A stretch of 63,964 bases of DNA, counting the filler, from Kipferlia bialata (taxonomy: Eukaryota): assembly GCA_003568945.1 (NCBI GenBank). It is 5 parts of 5 records of this genome, joined end to end, with 100 filler letters (N's around TTAATTAATTAA, not from the genome) between each part and the next. Parts side by side here need not be neighbours in the genome. Positions count along the whole stretch, not along the records: positions 1 to 27,807 come from BDIP01000163.1; positions 27,908 to 39,625 come from BDIP01000164.1; positions 39,726 to 50,007 come from BDIP01000165.1; 2 more parts are not named here. One strand, 5' to 3'. Below are positions 27,041 through 39,771 of the stretch, one piece after another; the stretch's first letter is position 1; each line of letters opens with the position of its first letter. The notes under the pieces are model-generated. The model made no database searches. It saw nothing but the letters and a program-made list of their open reading frames with translations, and was not told the DNA's origin. The translations under genes and the position numbers were made by a program.

Positions 27041-27807
27041 GGTGGTAAAAGTCTGTGTGTTAGAGTATGTTCTTTGGTACTGAGGAAGAATAGTACACCT
27101 GTTTCTCAACGATCTCTCATGAGTCCAACCACAGTTAGACTGAAAATACTATATTCAATAGAAGTACCTGTTGGAGAACTGGTGTACATCTTGTTGTACT
27201 ATGTCTTGCTTGCCATGGCTCAGGGAGGGCCCTCCTGCTGGTGAGATTAAGCGCATATCTTGATGGAGGTGATAAGCATAAGCTATACTGTTCCGAAAGA
27301 TGGCGTCAAGTCTGACATGTGTCATGCATGTTGTAGCAACGGTAGTTGAGCACACGCCAAGAATCAACACACCTTGTGTCCTCATGGTCTGGCTCAGATG
27401 GACAAGACCCCACATGTTGACCACTCAGAAGGCAGCAAGTGGCATCACGGGATGAAACACATGTTGTGACTTGCATATTGGAGTACCTGCAGAGAATAGT
27501 ACTCTCACTCAAAACACTCAAGACTACTGATAGAGTAGGGAGGGCGCTCCGAGCAATGTTGCTAATGGTGTTGCTACTTGGCGTATCCAATGGCCACTTT
27601 AGTGAGGAAGATGTACCCAATGGGAATCTAAACACAATCGCGTATGATGTCCTCATATTGAGAACCTCAAGCATGATACTATACTTCACTCTGAGTCTCA
27701 GAGACGGGTTGTCAACGGGAGGCCGCAAGTTCGATTCTCACTCAGGAATGTTTCAGAGACGAAAAGGGGAAAAGGGGACTGAAAAGGGGAAGGTGTTCCC
27801 ATCCTTA

Positions 27808-27907
27808 NNNNNNNNNNNNNNNNNNNNNNNNNNNNNNNNNNNNNNNNNNNNTTAATTAATTAANNNNNNNNNNNNNNNNNNNNNNNNNNNNNNNNNNNNN
27901 NNNNNNN
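27808..27907. other. Artificial contig linker N44-TTAATTAATTAA-N44
   Basis: Six-frame stop linker at 27852-27863 in a 100-nt spacer. Confidence 0.95.
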
Positions 27908-27960
27908 CTCTAATTCTCTCTCTCCGTCTTTCACACTCCCCCCCCCCCTTTACACTCCAG

Positions 27961-30900
27961 GTCAAGCGGTCTCTGGGTGAGGGTCACTTCGCCAAGGCCT
28001 CTCTGTGCACATATGCACCCAAGGTATAGAATATACAGATGTGGGAGAACGGTGAAGTCTCTAATCAATAGTTATCCACCTTGATCCCCATGAATATACC
28101 CATTAATGTGTTGTACACATCCACCCATATATGCATATATACACACACAATTATGTACTGACCCCCAGGACCATGGCACTGTCACCCATAGGGAGAGTGG
28201 CAGAGATGTGGTGCTGAAGGCTGCTGTTCTACCCAATGATGCAGAGACAGGGGAGTACAGGGAGATGGTGACCAGACTGCAGAAGGTATATGAATCTATA
28301 TATATATATACATATGTATATATATACTACTATATATAAGGCTGCTGTCCTACCCAATGATGCAGAGATAGGGGAGTACAGGGAGATGGTGACTAGACTG
28401 CAGAAGGTATGAAGATATAGTAATTCTCTTCTATATACCAATTTCTTAATATCTGTGCATATCTCTATATCTATTCTCACAGCCCCAGGTGTCCCACCCC
28501 GCCCTACTACCCTACACCCTTCTGCAGGATGTCCCCGGGGTCAAGGACAGCCCGAGGTACATTTATATATGTGTAATAATAGTGTATTAGTGTTGCATAT
28601 ACTGGTGTACACATATATGTGTATGTATTTTTATATTTATGTACGATGTGCCAGGGGTCAAGGACAGCCCAAGGTACTATGTACTTCTTCATCATTTCCT
28701 GGTCTTTCTATCGTATTCATCGTGTATTATATGTTATTCTATGTTATATTTGTGTTGTGTTTCTTTTGATTGTGTGTACCTCTGTATTTACATATACCTG
28801 TCTCTCTTATAACCCCCAGGGTTGTGTTCCTAGGCAGACCCTACCTCCGAGAGTCCCTCCCATCCAGACTGGGGTCCAGACCCTTGTACTCTGCTGTCAG
28901 GGCATGGCTCTCGTACTGTGCGATACGGTGAGTGAGTATTAGTATTCTTTCCCTCTTCCTAGTAGTATGTTTATTGTTTGTAGGTCTAACCCCAGTGCCG
29001 TTGACGCTGCCCACTCCCTGTATGGCGCCCATGGGTCTCTCTCCCCCAACAACCTCCACCTGGAGAGTGGCATACTGGTGCTGACTGACTTTGCACCCTT
29101 CAAGCCACAGGTACTCTTTCTCTCTCTCTCTGTCTCTCCATCCCTCTATTAATATTCAGGCCGTACCCATGTTCGACCCAGCCTACTTCTCCTTCTCCTT
29201 AGATACTCTCTCTCTCTCTCAATATATATACATACTTATACTACTGTAGACTCATGATTAGGCTGTGCCCATGTCCGACCCAGCCTACTTCTCCTTCTTC
29301 TTCGATGCCCTGGACAGGAGGGACTGCTACCTCAGCCCAGAGAGGTTCCAGAGCACACTCGACGCAGGTAGATGACCCTATATATATATATATATATAGG
29401 TCCTCATATTCATATGTATACGTGTTTATGGATCAATTGTACTGATTGTATTGCTCATCCTCACCCCCAGGCACCCCCACCAAGGCCGGTGACCTCTATG
29501 CCCTGGGTGCAGTGTTGGTGTACATGTGGAGTGACGCGTGTCCATTCAGGTATATTCAGAACCTACGTGTGTCACATTTTATACCGTGCTTTACGTACTA
29601 TCTGCTGGATGTTTCCTTCTCTCACTGATCTCACCCCAGCCTCTCTGCGGCTCTTGAGATAGCTGCTGGTAGGGGCGACCCTAGAGAGGCAGCCCAGTGC
29701 GTTCCAGAGGCCCTAAGGTAGATATTTACTTTGTATCAATATCGTATGTATATATGTTTATGTTTTTTGCTCAAACCAGGCCCATTGTCAGATCCTTCCT
29801 GTCTGCTGACCCCTCTGAGCGTATGACAACTGCAGAGGCACTAGGGAGGCTGAACAATACAGACAATGCAGATGATTCAGAGAGTTCAGAGTGTGTGTTC
29901 CACCCCTCCTATGCCACTGTGTATGATGCACTGTGTAAGAGCATAGAGGGGGGCAGTGTGTCAGAAGGAGAGAGAGAGACTGGGGCTGGTCAGAAGCCCT
30001 CTGCGCTGACTCCTGAGATAGTGCATGACCTGTTGAATGGTACCTATAGGGTAGAGACAGAGGTAGAGGGTGCAGTGGATAAGGAGAGGGAGGGAGAGGG
30101 AGAGGAAGCCGTTGCTATAGAGGTTGAGGAGCAGAGGGGTAGTGGTCTGAGGATGGTACTAGGAGACAAGCCAAGGGACACAGGCTTCAACTGGTGCCCA
30201 GCACCCTCAGGTACATACACGTACATCATGTACCTATACACCGTCACTTACCCTAGAGACAGTGACCCTTAGTGAGGCCCGTGACCTCTCTCGCTTCCAG
30301 CGCACCAGTACCAGCCAGTGTGAGCAGACCTCCCCCACCCCCGGTTCCCTCTCCATGTCTGGTGTGAGTGGCATGTATCAGACATGCGTGTCAACTAGGG
30401 TGGTACAGGGTACACCTGGTGTACAGATACAGTCTGATGAGGATACCTTGTTAGGCGGTGCAGTGTATGTTAAGCAGGAGGGCGGGACAGGGGAGAGTGG
30501 GACACGTGTGCTGGTAGACTCCCTGCCCCTGCCTAGACAGAGAGTGCCCCAGAGGGGGAGCGAGGGTGGGAGAGAGCCCACTTCATTCACAAGGACACAG
30601 GAAGAGAGGTATGTGTATATTACATACCAGTGATTGACTCAATGTGCAGTGTCTAACCCCCTAGGTTCTCTTCCCATGCCACCCTGCGTGACAGCATGAC
30701 TGCCTCTCTCAATGGAGGAGAGAGAGAGAGAGAGGAGCCTGAGGGGGAGGGCCAGGTTGTGTGGTGGCCTTCTGCTGCTCTGTCTGTACCCTCCATGCCC
30801 CCTGTGGCTGCACCCTTTACTCTTGGCAGTGTGTGTGCACCACTGTGCCCTGGGCCAACAGTGGCACTGATGCGGTATGTAATACTCATATGTATATGTG

Positions 30901-32189
30901 TATATGTGTTTTCATATGTGTATGTGTATATGTGTTTTCATTATACTATAGTGTGTAACCCCCAGTGTCCTGTCCCGCCGTGCCCTGTCCGTGTGGGCCA
31001 GTCAGACCCCTACCAAGGTGTGGGTGAGGATGAGTGAGGGGGAGACAGAGAGGGAGAGGGAGAGGCGCAATGCCACCGAGGGACTAGGGGTGCTGTCCAG
31101 TCTGGCCATGCTGGTGCCAGGTGGGGATCATTTCTACATAATATTCTTGATATTCACATGTGTATGTCTTCTTCTCTTTCTCTCTCTTCCTACTGTTCTT
31201 TCCTTGTGTGTTTGTCTTATCCCCAGGCTCCCCCGACCCAGTCATCTGTGAGTGTGTCCTGCCCCTGTGTGTCACCCTACTGGGCCGTCTCTCTCTCTCT
31301 CAGTCTCGTGCCAAGGAGAGGCAGAGGAGAGAGGGGGAGAGAGAGAGACAGGCAGACAGAAAGCGCAACTCGACAAAGAGAAGGACTCAGAAGGGGCAGA
31401 GAGAGGAGGGTGGGAGTGAGGGCAAGAGTGGAGCAGAGTCTGGAGCTGATGTTGCCGTACTCACTGCTGTCCTCGACCTGCTACTTCTCTGTCTGCAGCA
31501 GCTAAACCTGGTGACTGCTCTGCCAGGTGGGTGTATATACATACATACATATTTAGAGATAGATGGTCCTATTTTATGTGATGTTCTCTTATTGATATAT
31601 TTGTTCGACTTCTTTTCTAACTCCCAGGTCTACTTGACGTCGTTCTCTCTGTACTTAGCAAGCTGACCCCCTCCCCGGTTGACACCCTTAGTCTAAACGA
31701 TCTGCACCGCATATCCCCACTCATCGAGAGGGTCCCCCTCATATGCGGGGAAGTCGCTAGGTGTGTGGATACTGATATGATTTGTATATCAGTCACTTTC
31801 TGTACACATCTGTATATATTCTCTCCCTGACCCTAGACTGGGGCGCAACTGCAACACCCTCGACTCTGGGTCTGCCTTGAGTGACAGAGATGCATGGCTG
31901 TGGCTGCTGGCCACACAGGGTGAGTATATTATTTTTGCCACCATTGTATTGGGTCTTAAGTATTATATACGGGTGCATATGTTCTAATTCTCACCCCAGG
32001 TGTCATCATTGATGTCCTTGTCACCACATCTAGGGACCCCCTACTCCGTGTACACTGTGGGGCACCACTCCTGCAGTGCATACACACCCTACCACTCCTG
32101 GTGCCATGCATACAGGCAGCAGGTGTGTAATTTGCAGTCCATTTGTATTCTCTATTCACGTTGATCCCCCCCCCCCCCCCCCCCTTTTC

Positions 32190-32235
<46 letters not shown>

Positions 32236-34788
32236 CTCACCCCCAGCCGAGTCTGCCAACCCCTCGGTCCCGCCCAGGGCCTGTGCCACCTTCAGCGTGT
32301 CGCTGATATGTGGGAGGGACATATCCATGGACCCACTCACAGTGGTGGACACAGGGGACCCAAAGGGAGGGGGGAAGTCATTAAGGTAAGGGTTGTACTC
32401 ATATTCCTCAGCGCTGATATTTATAGGGGAGAGGGTCCGTTACTGGGTTTGACACTGTACTAGATTGAATACTAACCCCAGCTCTCTGCACCGTCTGGAC
32501 ATTGGCAAGACGTACACCTGGACGGACACCCAGCCCCAGTCTGGGGAGTATGTGTCACCTGGAGGGAGGTCGAAGCCCATGGCCCACAAGAGAGAGAAGG
32601 AGAGCAAGAAGGGGAAGGCGATGAAGGTTGTGAAGGAGACGAAGAAGGAGAAGAAGGCTCGGGAGAAGAGAGAGAAGAGGGATAGGGAGAAGCGAGAGAA
32701 GAAGGAGAAGGAGCTGAAGCAGAAGAGGGCTAAGGACGAGAGAGATCAGGAGGAAAAGGAGCGGAGAGAGAAGAGAGAGAGAGAGAAGAAGGCAGGACAG
32801 GGGCATAACAGGCGACGCACGATGAGTATCTTTGGCTTCATGAGGGAGAAGGAGAGAGAGAAGGGAGAGGACACGGAGGACACAGCTGCAGACACAGAGA
32901 TGACCCTGGAGGATAGTGTGTCTCTGACTGGGGGGTCAGGACACCTGCCCTTGGACTCTATTCCAGAGGCAGATGGGGAGAGAGAGGCTGAGGGAGAGAG
33001 TGTGGCAGAGCTTGATGCCTCCACCCCTGCCCCCCCTACCACTACCACTAAGGATGGGGACACTCTGCACCAGTGTCCCTATGGTGTATTGTCCCCAGTC
33101 ATGAAGGATGGGGTCATGGTGACACCAACAGACACAGCAGCATCTACTCCACAGGTATGTGTGTTTGTGTATAATCATATATAAGTATCAGTACTACATA
33201 TGATATGCCCTCACCCCCAGGTCCCTGTCTCTCTCATCCAGCCTGTCACCCTCACCCTCTGCAGGGTGTCTGAGGACACAATCATGGTCAACGGACTGTC
33301 AATGCCACTCTTCTCAGAGGTGGGTATATATACATATATATATGTATATATAGATATGGGTGTGTGTATCTATTGTCTCGCTTACCCCTCAGGAGGAAGA
33401 GACTGAGCTGCACAAGAACCTCTATGCACGCAAGAGATTTGAACACAGCGCTGGGTCAGAGGACATCGACCTGCTCAGGTAGTGTTTGGGTCATTATATA
33501 TCAATCGTATATATGGTGATGCCTTCCTCTTGCTATGTGTATGCCCTCTCACCCTTAGGGACACCTTTGGCCCTGTCAGGCAGTCAGCATTTGCCAATCT
33601 GAGGTAGGACGGAGAGTATCAATACAGTTAGTTATCTATATTGTTTCAGTATCAGTAACACTACATTGTACTCTCTGATGTATATGTCTGGTGTATTGCT
33701 TTGTAATTCCAATTAGGGTGACTTATGTCTACTGTCACTGTATGTTTCACCTCTCACCCCAGGTCCCCTGAGATTGCCAACCCCTCAGACTCTGACTCAG
33801 ACTCTGATGGAGAGAGGGAGTGCCGCCCCCCACCCAGTGAGGGCATGAGTGAGTGCACCCACTCTGATATAGTATGTAGTGAGGATGGGTCTGAGTCATC
33901 GGACAGACTGGACCAGGGGAGTGCCCTCACATTCTCGTACGCCAAGCACCCGGCGGCACCCCTAGGTGTCATGGCCCATACCCCTGTACACGCTAGGCAG
34001 AGTAGTAGACTGGCCCTGGGGGCTGGGATAGACGCCCTAGACAGCATCAGGGAGGAGGAGACTGACAGTGACCAGGGAGAGAACACTGAGTCAGACTACA
34101 GGCCCCACAACATGTTTGCAGACTCACCTGCCCGTATATTGGAGGACATATCAGGTATCCCACTCAATGCCATCTACTTTACTGCTGTACCATCTCTATT
34201 TAGTATACATTACCCTCCCTGTCTCTCCCTCTGACCCCTTAGACATCGACATGGCTGAGAGCACCATCATCGAAGAGTCTGTGCTGAGCCCTGGACCCCT
34301 ATCTCCATCGGGGGCATCTGCTCTCTCACCTACTGTCAGTGCCAACACACCCAAGGCTGACACCCCAGCATCCCCCACCCCCGGGCCCAGTCTACTGCAC
34401 AATGGGCCTAGGCCTGGCCTGACTAGGAGGGCCACCATGGCACCCATGTACAGAGAGGCAGAGGGGGAGGGGGAGGGTGACATGGGTGTGACGCAGGAGG
34501 ATAGGAGGCGCACTGCCACCTTTGGCACCAGGGCATCCACCCTATCCACTAACAGTGTCAGTAAGACAGGGACCGTCAGGGACCTCATGTCGGGGTGGAT
34601 GCAGGTGGGGGTGGAGCATATATGCCGTGATTCTTTTGTATTCATTCCACCTCTCTCTGTCTGTGTGTACATTACCCTCTTTCTCACTGCAGGACCTCAA
34701 TGCCAAGCAGTTCGACGACATCTTCGACTCCAGTGAGGGCGAGAAGGAGGGGGCAGGCGAGGCAGGTGCCGACATGTCAAGTGACTGA
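27961..34788 (+). CDS. VPS15: Vps15/PIK3R4-like protein kinase, 5' partial, multi-exon
   Basis: Exons read SLGEGHFAKA, RPYLRESLPSRLGSRPLYSAVRAWL, AHGSLSPNNL, VLTDFAPFKP, DPAYFSFFFDALDRRDCYLSPERF, GDLYALGAVL. These match the Vps15 signature TDFAxFKP...F.F.FD...RR.CY..PERF. Leu-rich helical (HEAT-like) exons follow (~30800-32300), then a low-complexity tail to TGA 34788. Confidence 0.82.
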
Positions 34789-35284
34789 GATATGTATTGT
34801 TGGTGTTTGCTGTTTGGATGTGTGCCATATGTTCCATGTGTTTCACTCTTTGGAGTGTTGTTTTGTGGACCTCTTTGTGAGGTCTCTGTCGTTTCCCTTG
34901 TATTTCATGTTTCTTATTGGTCAATAGACAAACTCGTAGAGATGGCTCCCAATGATACTCTTATCGGAATCAATGATCTATTAATCATGATACGTTGTCA
35001 CTTCAGATCTAACAGAAAACACTAAAAGGTATCAAAGTCTTCCAACTCAAAAGGTTGGACAAAACGAAAAACAGTATCGTGTCTGTCCCGTCAAGTATGA
35101 ATGGGGACAGAGACACAGACTAGTACAAATACACAAAAGTCGAGAGAACCCAAGAGGGACCGTCTCGCTTAACACTTGGGTAGTGAGTGGCACTAACCCT
35201 GGGGGGCACAGACATGTTAGGGCATGGTGTGGCTTGATATGGGACCACAGAGGGAACTCTCCATGCTGGAGAGAAGGACTAGGC

Positions 35285-38200
35285 CTAGTAGTACGACCCA
35301 TACCCCCTCGACACCCCTAGACCTAGGCCCAGACCGAGACCTGACGCCATGGAGTCAGGGTCATCCCCCTCCCTCTCTGCATCCAAGTCTCCATCCATGC
35401 TCTGGGAGGGGTATGGACTGGCAGAGTATGCATCAGTCTGGTCCTGGGTCCCAGTCATCTCAACATCACCGGAGGCATCAGCAGCACCACCTGGACCATT
35501 GTCACTGGGGGGTATGGGGCATGTCACACCAGACCCATCCACGCCCATATCCACATCCCTATCAGCAGATGGCACCTTAGCACTATGGTCTGAGGCCTCT
35601 CCCCCCTCTGGCACTGGGTCATCCTCTATCAGACTAGAGGGTAGACTGGAGTGCAGGGTGGGGTCAAGGAGGACAGAGTCTGTGTAGTGCTCAGACGGCC
35701 CATGCCCAGTGGGGACAGCCACAGTCTTGGAGGAGAGAGACGACATCATCATCTGCTTGGCAGTCACACTCCGGTCAGACCCACCACCCCCTCTCTCCCT
35801 GTCAACAGAGGGTGAGGCACCCATGTCTCCAGGGGTGCTACGGCCAGAGTCCAGCCCGGACCCATGCTCTCTCTCTCTCTCCCTCTCTCTCTCCCTGCCC
35901 ACCCCGACCATGGTCATGTCTAACAATGACCCAACCACCGCAGACACATCCCTGGCAGTGCTGTCCTCCACTGACCCCAGACCTAGACCTGACTGCACGT
36001 CACAGTCCCCATCGCCCTGTGACGTGGTACCCACACCCCCTGGGAACTTCCCTCCCTCACTGGCTGGGGGGTCGAGGGTCTTTCGGGTATCGGCAGAGAC
36101 ACCCTCACCCTCACCCTCAGCATCAGGTGGGACTGCCTCTGAGGCACTGGTCTTGGGGGCTGTACCACTAGTGTCCAGCTGACTGGGTGTGGGCTCAGGC
36201 GTTGTCTTGTCTGCCTTGGTAACAGCACCCCCTGTCTGTCCCTTGGCGCCCTTCCCACCCTTGCCCGCCTTGACAGGCTTGACAAGCACCAGGGGCATTG
36301 GCTCCTCATGGCCTGTGGGTAGGAAGGAGGGGTCCCAGGGGGTCCAGGCAGGGGTGGAGGCCTTGTCAGCCTCTGCATCCCCCTTGTCTGTGACACTACT
36401 GGAGGGTGTGTCCTCCTTGGCACCAGTTGTGGTTATGGGGGTATCCATGGCAACAGGTGGGGATGGAACAGGCTCATCAACAGCTGTCGCCTCAACACTT
36501 ACATCAGCTGCAGGTACAGGAGCAGAAGAGTCCCCAGATGGAACCATTGGCACATCTCCACCTACTGGTACTGAACCAGACACTCCCTCTGCCACAGTCT
36601 CTCCCTCTGCCTCAGCCTTCTCCTGGCCACCCAACCCAGCCCCACTCTCTGCTGACACAGACACACACACCTCCGCCCCCTTCCCATCCTTCTCCTTCTC
36701 CTCCTTCTCTCCCTCCTGGGCCTTGACACACACCCCGTCCTTGTTGAGCCCGTACTTGGCCCTCTCCGCATCACTCAGATAGGCACACATGGGGGAGCCC
36801 CTGGGGTCCCAGTGGGGGCCAAGGTCGAGTCCGGCCTGGTTGCATATCCTGCAGGTGAGACAATATACTCAGGTATAGGATACATACGACACACACAATG
36901 AATTGGGGATATGAGGCAGAGACGTGTAAGCTACACTATGACTCACATTAGCGTCATGGACAAGTTGGCCCTGGACAGCTGGATCATGTTGTCTGACTTG
37001 GCAGTGTGCAGCACAGCCCCATAGGCACTGGGGGTGAGGGGGGGGGGGGGGTTACTAATTACTTATACTCATGTATAGATATTCTATACCCACCCTATTG
37101 CGTTGGTGCCTGGGTTGACGCATGTCTGTGTCTTGTGCACTGCCACAGACACCATCCTGCCATACTGCATGTACACACCCTCCAGGGCTGCCATGTCTGC
37201 CCTGTGCTGCCTGTCTCTCTCCCTCTGCTCGAGGTAGTCCCTCCTCACACGCTGCCAGGTGGTACTGAGGGGTCAGGGAGATACTCAATAGTAAATGTAT
37301 TCATCACTGACCATGCAGGAGTGTATTGTGTAAATAGTAGGGATCTCTTACCGGTTAGACCTCACAAGCACTGGCAACTCCTCTTGGTGTCTACGCAACC
37401 GGACCAGAACCTCGTCTTCTCCCTGGGCATAAGTAGACATTAGTGTATTGAGTACAACTCCTATATTCATGAATTGAATACACTCACTAGAGCCGCAGGA
37501 TGGTGTACCAACACATATGCATATATATCAGAAACAATACATCGTACCGAGGCCCTCTGGTGCTGGGTGGCTGTCCTGGGGTCCAGAGATGGTGTGGACA
37601 TCAGGATGCCCTTCATGGCAGTGGTGACCTAGGGTGAGGGGAGGGATGGTTAAATAGAGTAACTATATCAATACCATTAACGGTGAGAGTGTAAATACAA
37701 GCACCATCACACCTTGCGCTGTGCCACCTCCAGGGCATCCTCCTGCTGCCTCATCCTGCCTGTCCCAGGTGCCCTGGGGGACATGTCCAGGATGGAGTAG
37801 TCACGGGGGGTGGGGGGGACAGAGGCAGGGGCAGAGGTAGGGGCAGGGGCAGGGGCAGCATCTGGCTTGGATCCATCAGTACCACCGGCACCCTCTCCTC
37901 CTGTGGGTGCACCAGCACTGGTAGTGGCTGGTGAGGTACCCTGCACTCCTGAGACAGCTGGGTTGGTAGAGGCAGTGTCTGTGACAGGGGCCTCAGTCTC
38001 AGTCTCAGCCACAACCGCAGTGCTCTCTGGTACAGGCGCAGACACCGATGGAGATGCCTCCTGCTCACCAGCCACAGATGCACCTCCTGACTCATCGTCA
38101 AGAGTAGCAGTTCCAGGTGACATCTGGGTACCCAGAAGGTCCACCGAGACCTCACCCGACCCGTCCATCTCCACGTCCCCATCTACAGCCACAGGGGCAG

Positions 38201-39568
38201 ATGGGATAGATGGTGCAGTGGATGCAGATGGTACAGATGGTACAGTGACTACTGGACTCGATGGAACCGGGGTCTCAGGGGCAGCCACTGCTGGTGCAAC
38301 GGGACTAGACTGTGACTGTGACTGTGTATGGTCAACATCAGACACGGCCTGGGAGGCAGCAGGGGTAGATATACCCTGGGACTGGGTGACGGACACCTGA
38401 TCAGACCCCTGATCCATGGGAGAATCAGCCTGCCCCTCTGGCAGATCACCACCCCCTGTCTGAACCGCACTCCCAGTCACCCCACTCTCCACCTTCACCA
38501 GCACCTCTCCCGGCACTGCTCCCACACCACCCACCCCAGGCTCCTGCTTGACCTGGAGAAGGCCAGACCCAGGGGCACTCTCCACCTCCACATCTCTCTC
38601 CCTCTCACCTGCAAAGGCAGGGACGTCGGCTGCGTGTGACTTCCCCCTGCCGCTCTCTCTCTTGCTCTCCCTGCTGCCCCTCACAAACCCCTTGTACAGC
38701 TTCTCGTCCTTCCAGGCAAAGGTCGAGGGGGTCCAGATCTTGCGGATCACCTTCCGGACACCGTACAACAAGGCCTTATCGGTCTGGAGGCTGGACCTGC
38801 GTCTCTCCCTGGCCCTGAACCCCCCCAACAGCTGTGACAGGGTCTCAGAGGCCAAGGCGTCTGCCCGCCTGGCCCTCTCTATGCAGAGCGAGAGGTCGCC
38901 CCTCCAGAACTCCCCCAGCATGGGCACCTCCATCAGTAACACAACGGAGGGGGGGTCAGGGAGGGAGGAGGCAGAGGCGTCAGGGAAGGCAGCTAAGGTG
39001 GCAGCCTTGGCCAGGGTGGATGGCCGAGGGGGGGACAGGGGGGGTATGATGTATGACGTCATGTCCTTGTCCTCTGAGGCAGAGGGCAGCGTGGGGAACT
39101 TGACCTTGTCGCCCTCGGCCTCCTTCTGCACATCCTGCATGGGCGCAAAGAAGGGCAGGCTCAGCCTGGCCCACAGCTTCCTCTCCTCCAGGGGTGTCTC
39201 CTCAGCTGCCATCGCGTAGGACTGGTCCACGTGGATGAGTTTGTTTCTGCCCTTGGCCTTGACCCACAGCGCCATGGCCCTCTGCTCCTCCCCAATCCGG
39301 TTGACAGGCTGGGGGGCGGGGAGGGCGGCAGAGGTCTCGGGGTCATACGAGAACTGGGTGCGTTGCCTGAATATCAGTGGGTGCTAGAGAAGTGGGAGTG
39401 ATGATAGTGAGACAATGTACCTGTTGGGTCTAGTGGCTATGAGGTGGGACACCATCTTGCCCTTGGCCTTGGTGCCCTTGTACGTCTTGGACTTGGCCTT
39501 TGTCTTCACCTTGGCTCTATACTGGTTCTGCTTGGTCTCCCTCGCACTCCGCTTGATGCTCTGGCACC
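35285..39568 (-). CDS. Large hypothetical low-complexity protein, 5' partial
   Basis: Two long GC-rich exons (~35285-36849, ~37712-39368) linked by small in-frame exons bounded by minus-strand GT-AG introns; runs to the contig end. Confidence 0.75.
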
Positions 39569-39625
39569 TGGGGTTATAGGGAAAGGGGGGGGGGGGGGGG
39601 GGGGGGTTTTTTTTATCATACAAGA

Positions 39626-39725
39626 NNNNNNNNNNNNNNNNNNNNNNNNNNNNNNNNNNNNNNNNNNNNTTAATTAATTAANNNNNNNNNNNNNNNNNNN
39701 NNNNNNNNNNNNNNNNNNNNNNNNN
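39626..39725. other. Artificial contig linker
   Basis: TTAATTAATTAA at 39670-39681 flanked by Ns. Confidence 0.95.
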
Positions 39726-39771
39726 TGGTTTTTTTTTTTTGAGAGCCCCCCCCCCCCCCCCCCCACCACAG

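Noticed and set aside
27680..27750. tRNA-like sequence (ttgtcaa...gttcgattc)
   Set aside because: A T-loop-like word is present, but the T, anticodon and acceptor stems do not pair and there is no clear D arm. A tRNAscan-SE run would settle it.
27852..27863. Recurrent TTAATTAATTAA motif (also 39670, 50052, 61290)
   Set aside because: Always centred in exactly 100-nt N-padded spacers; a six-frame-stop concatenation linker. Gene neighbourhoods across the linkers carry no meaning.
35349..39219. Long plus-strand ORFs opposite the large minus-strand gene (similarly 62479-63581)
   Set aside because: Antisense shadows of GC-rich coding exons.
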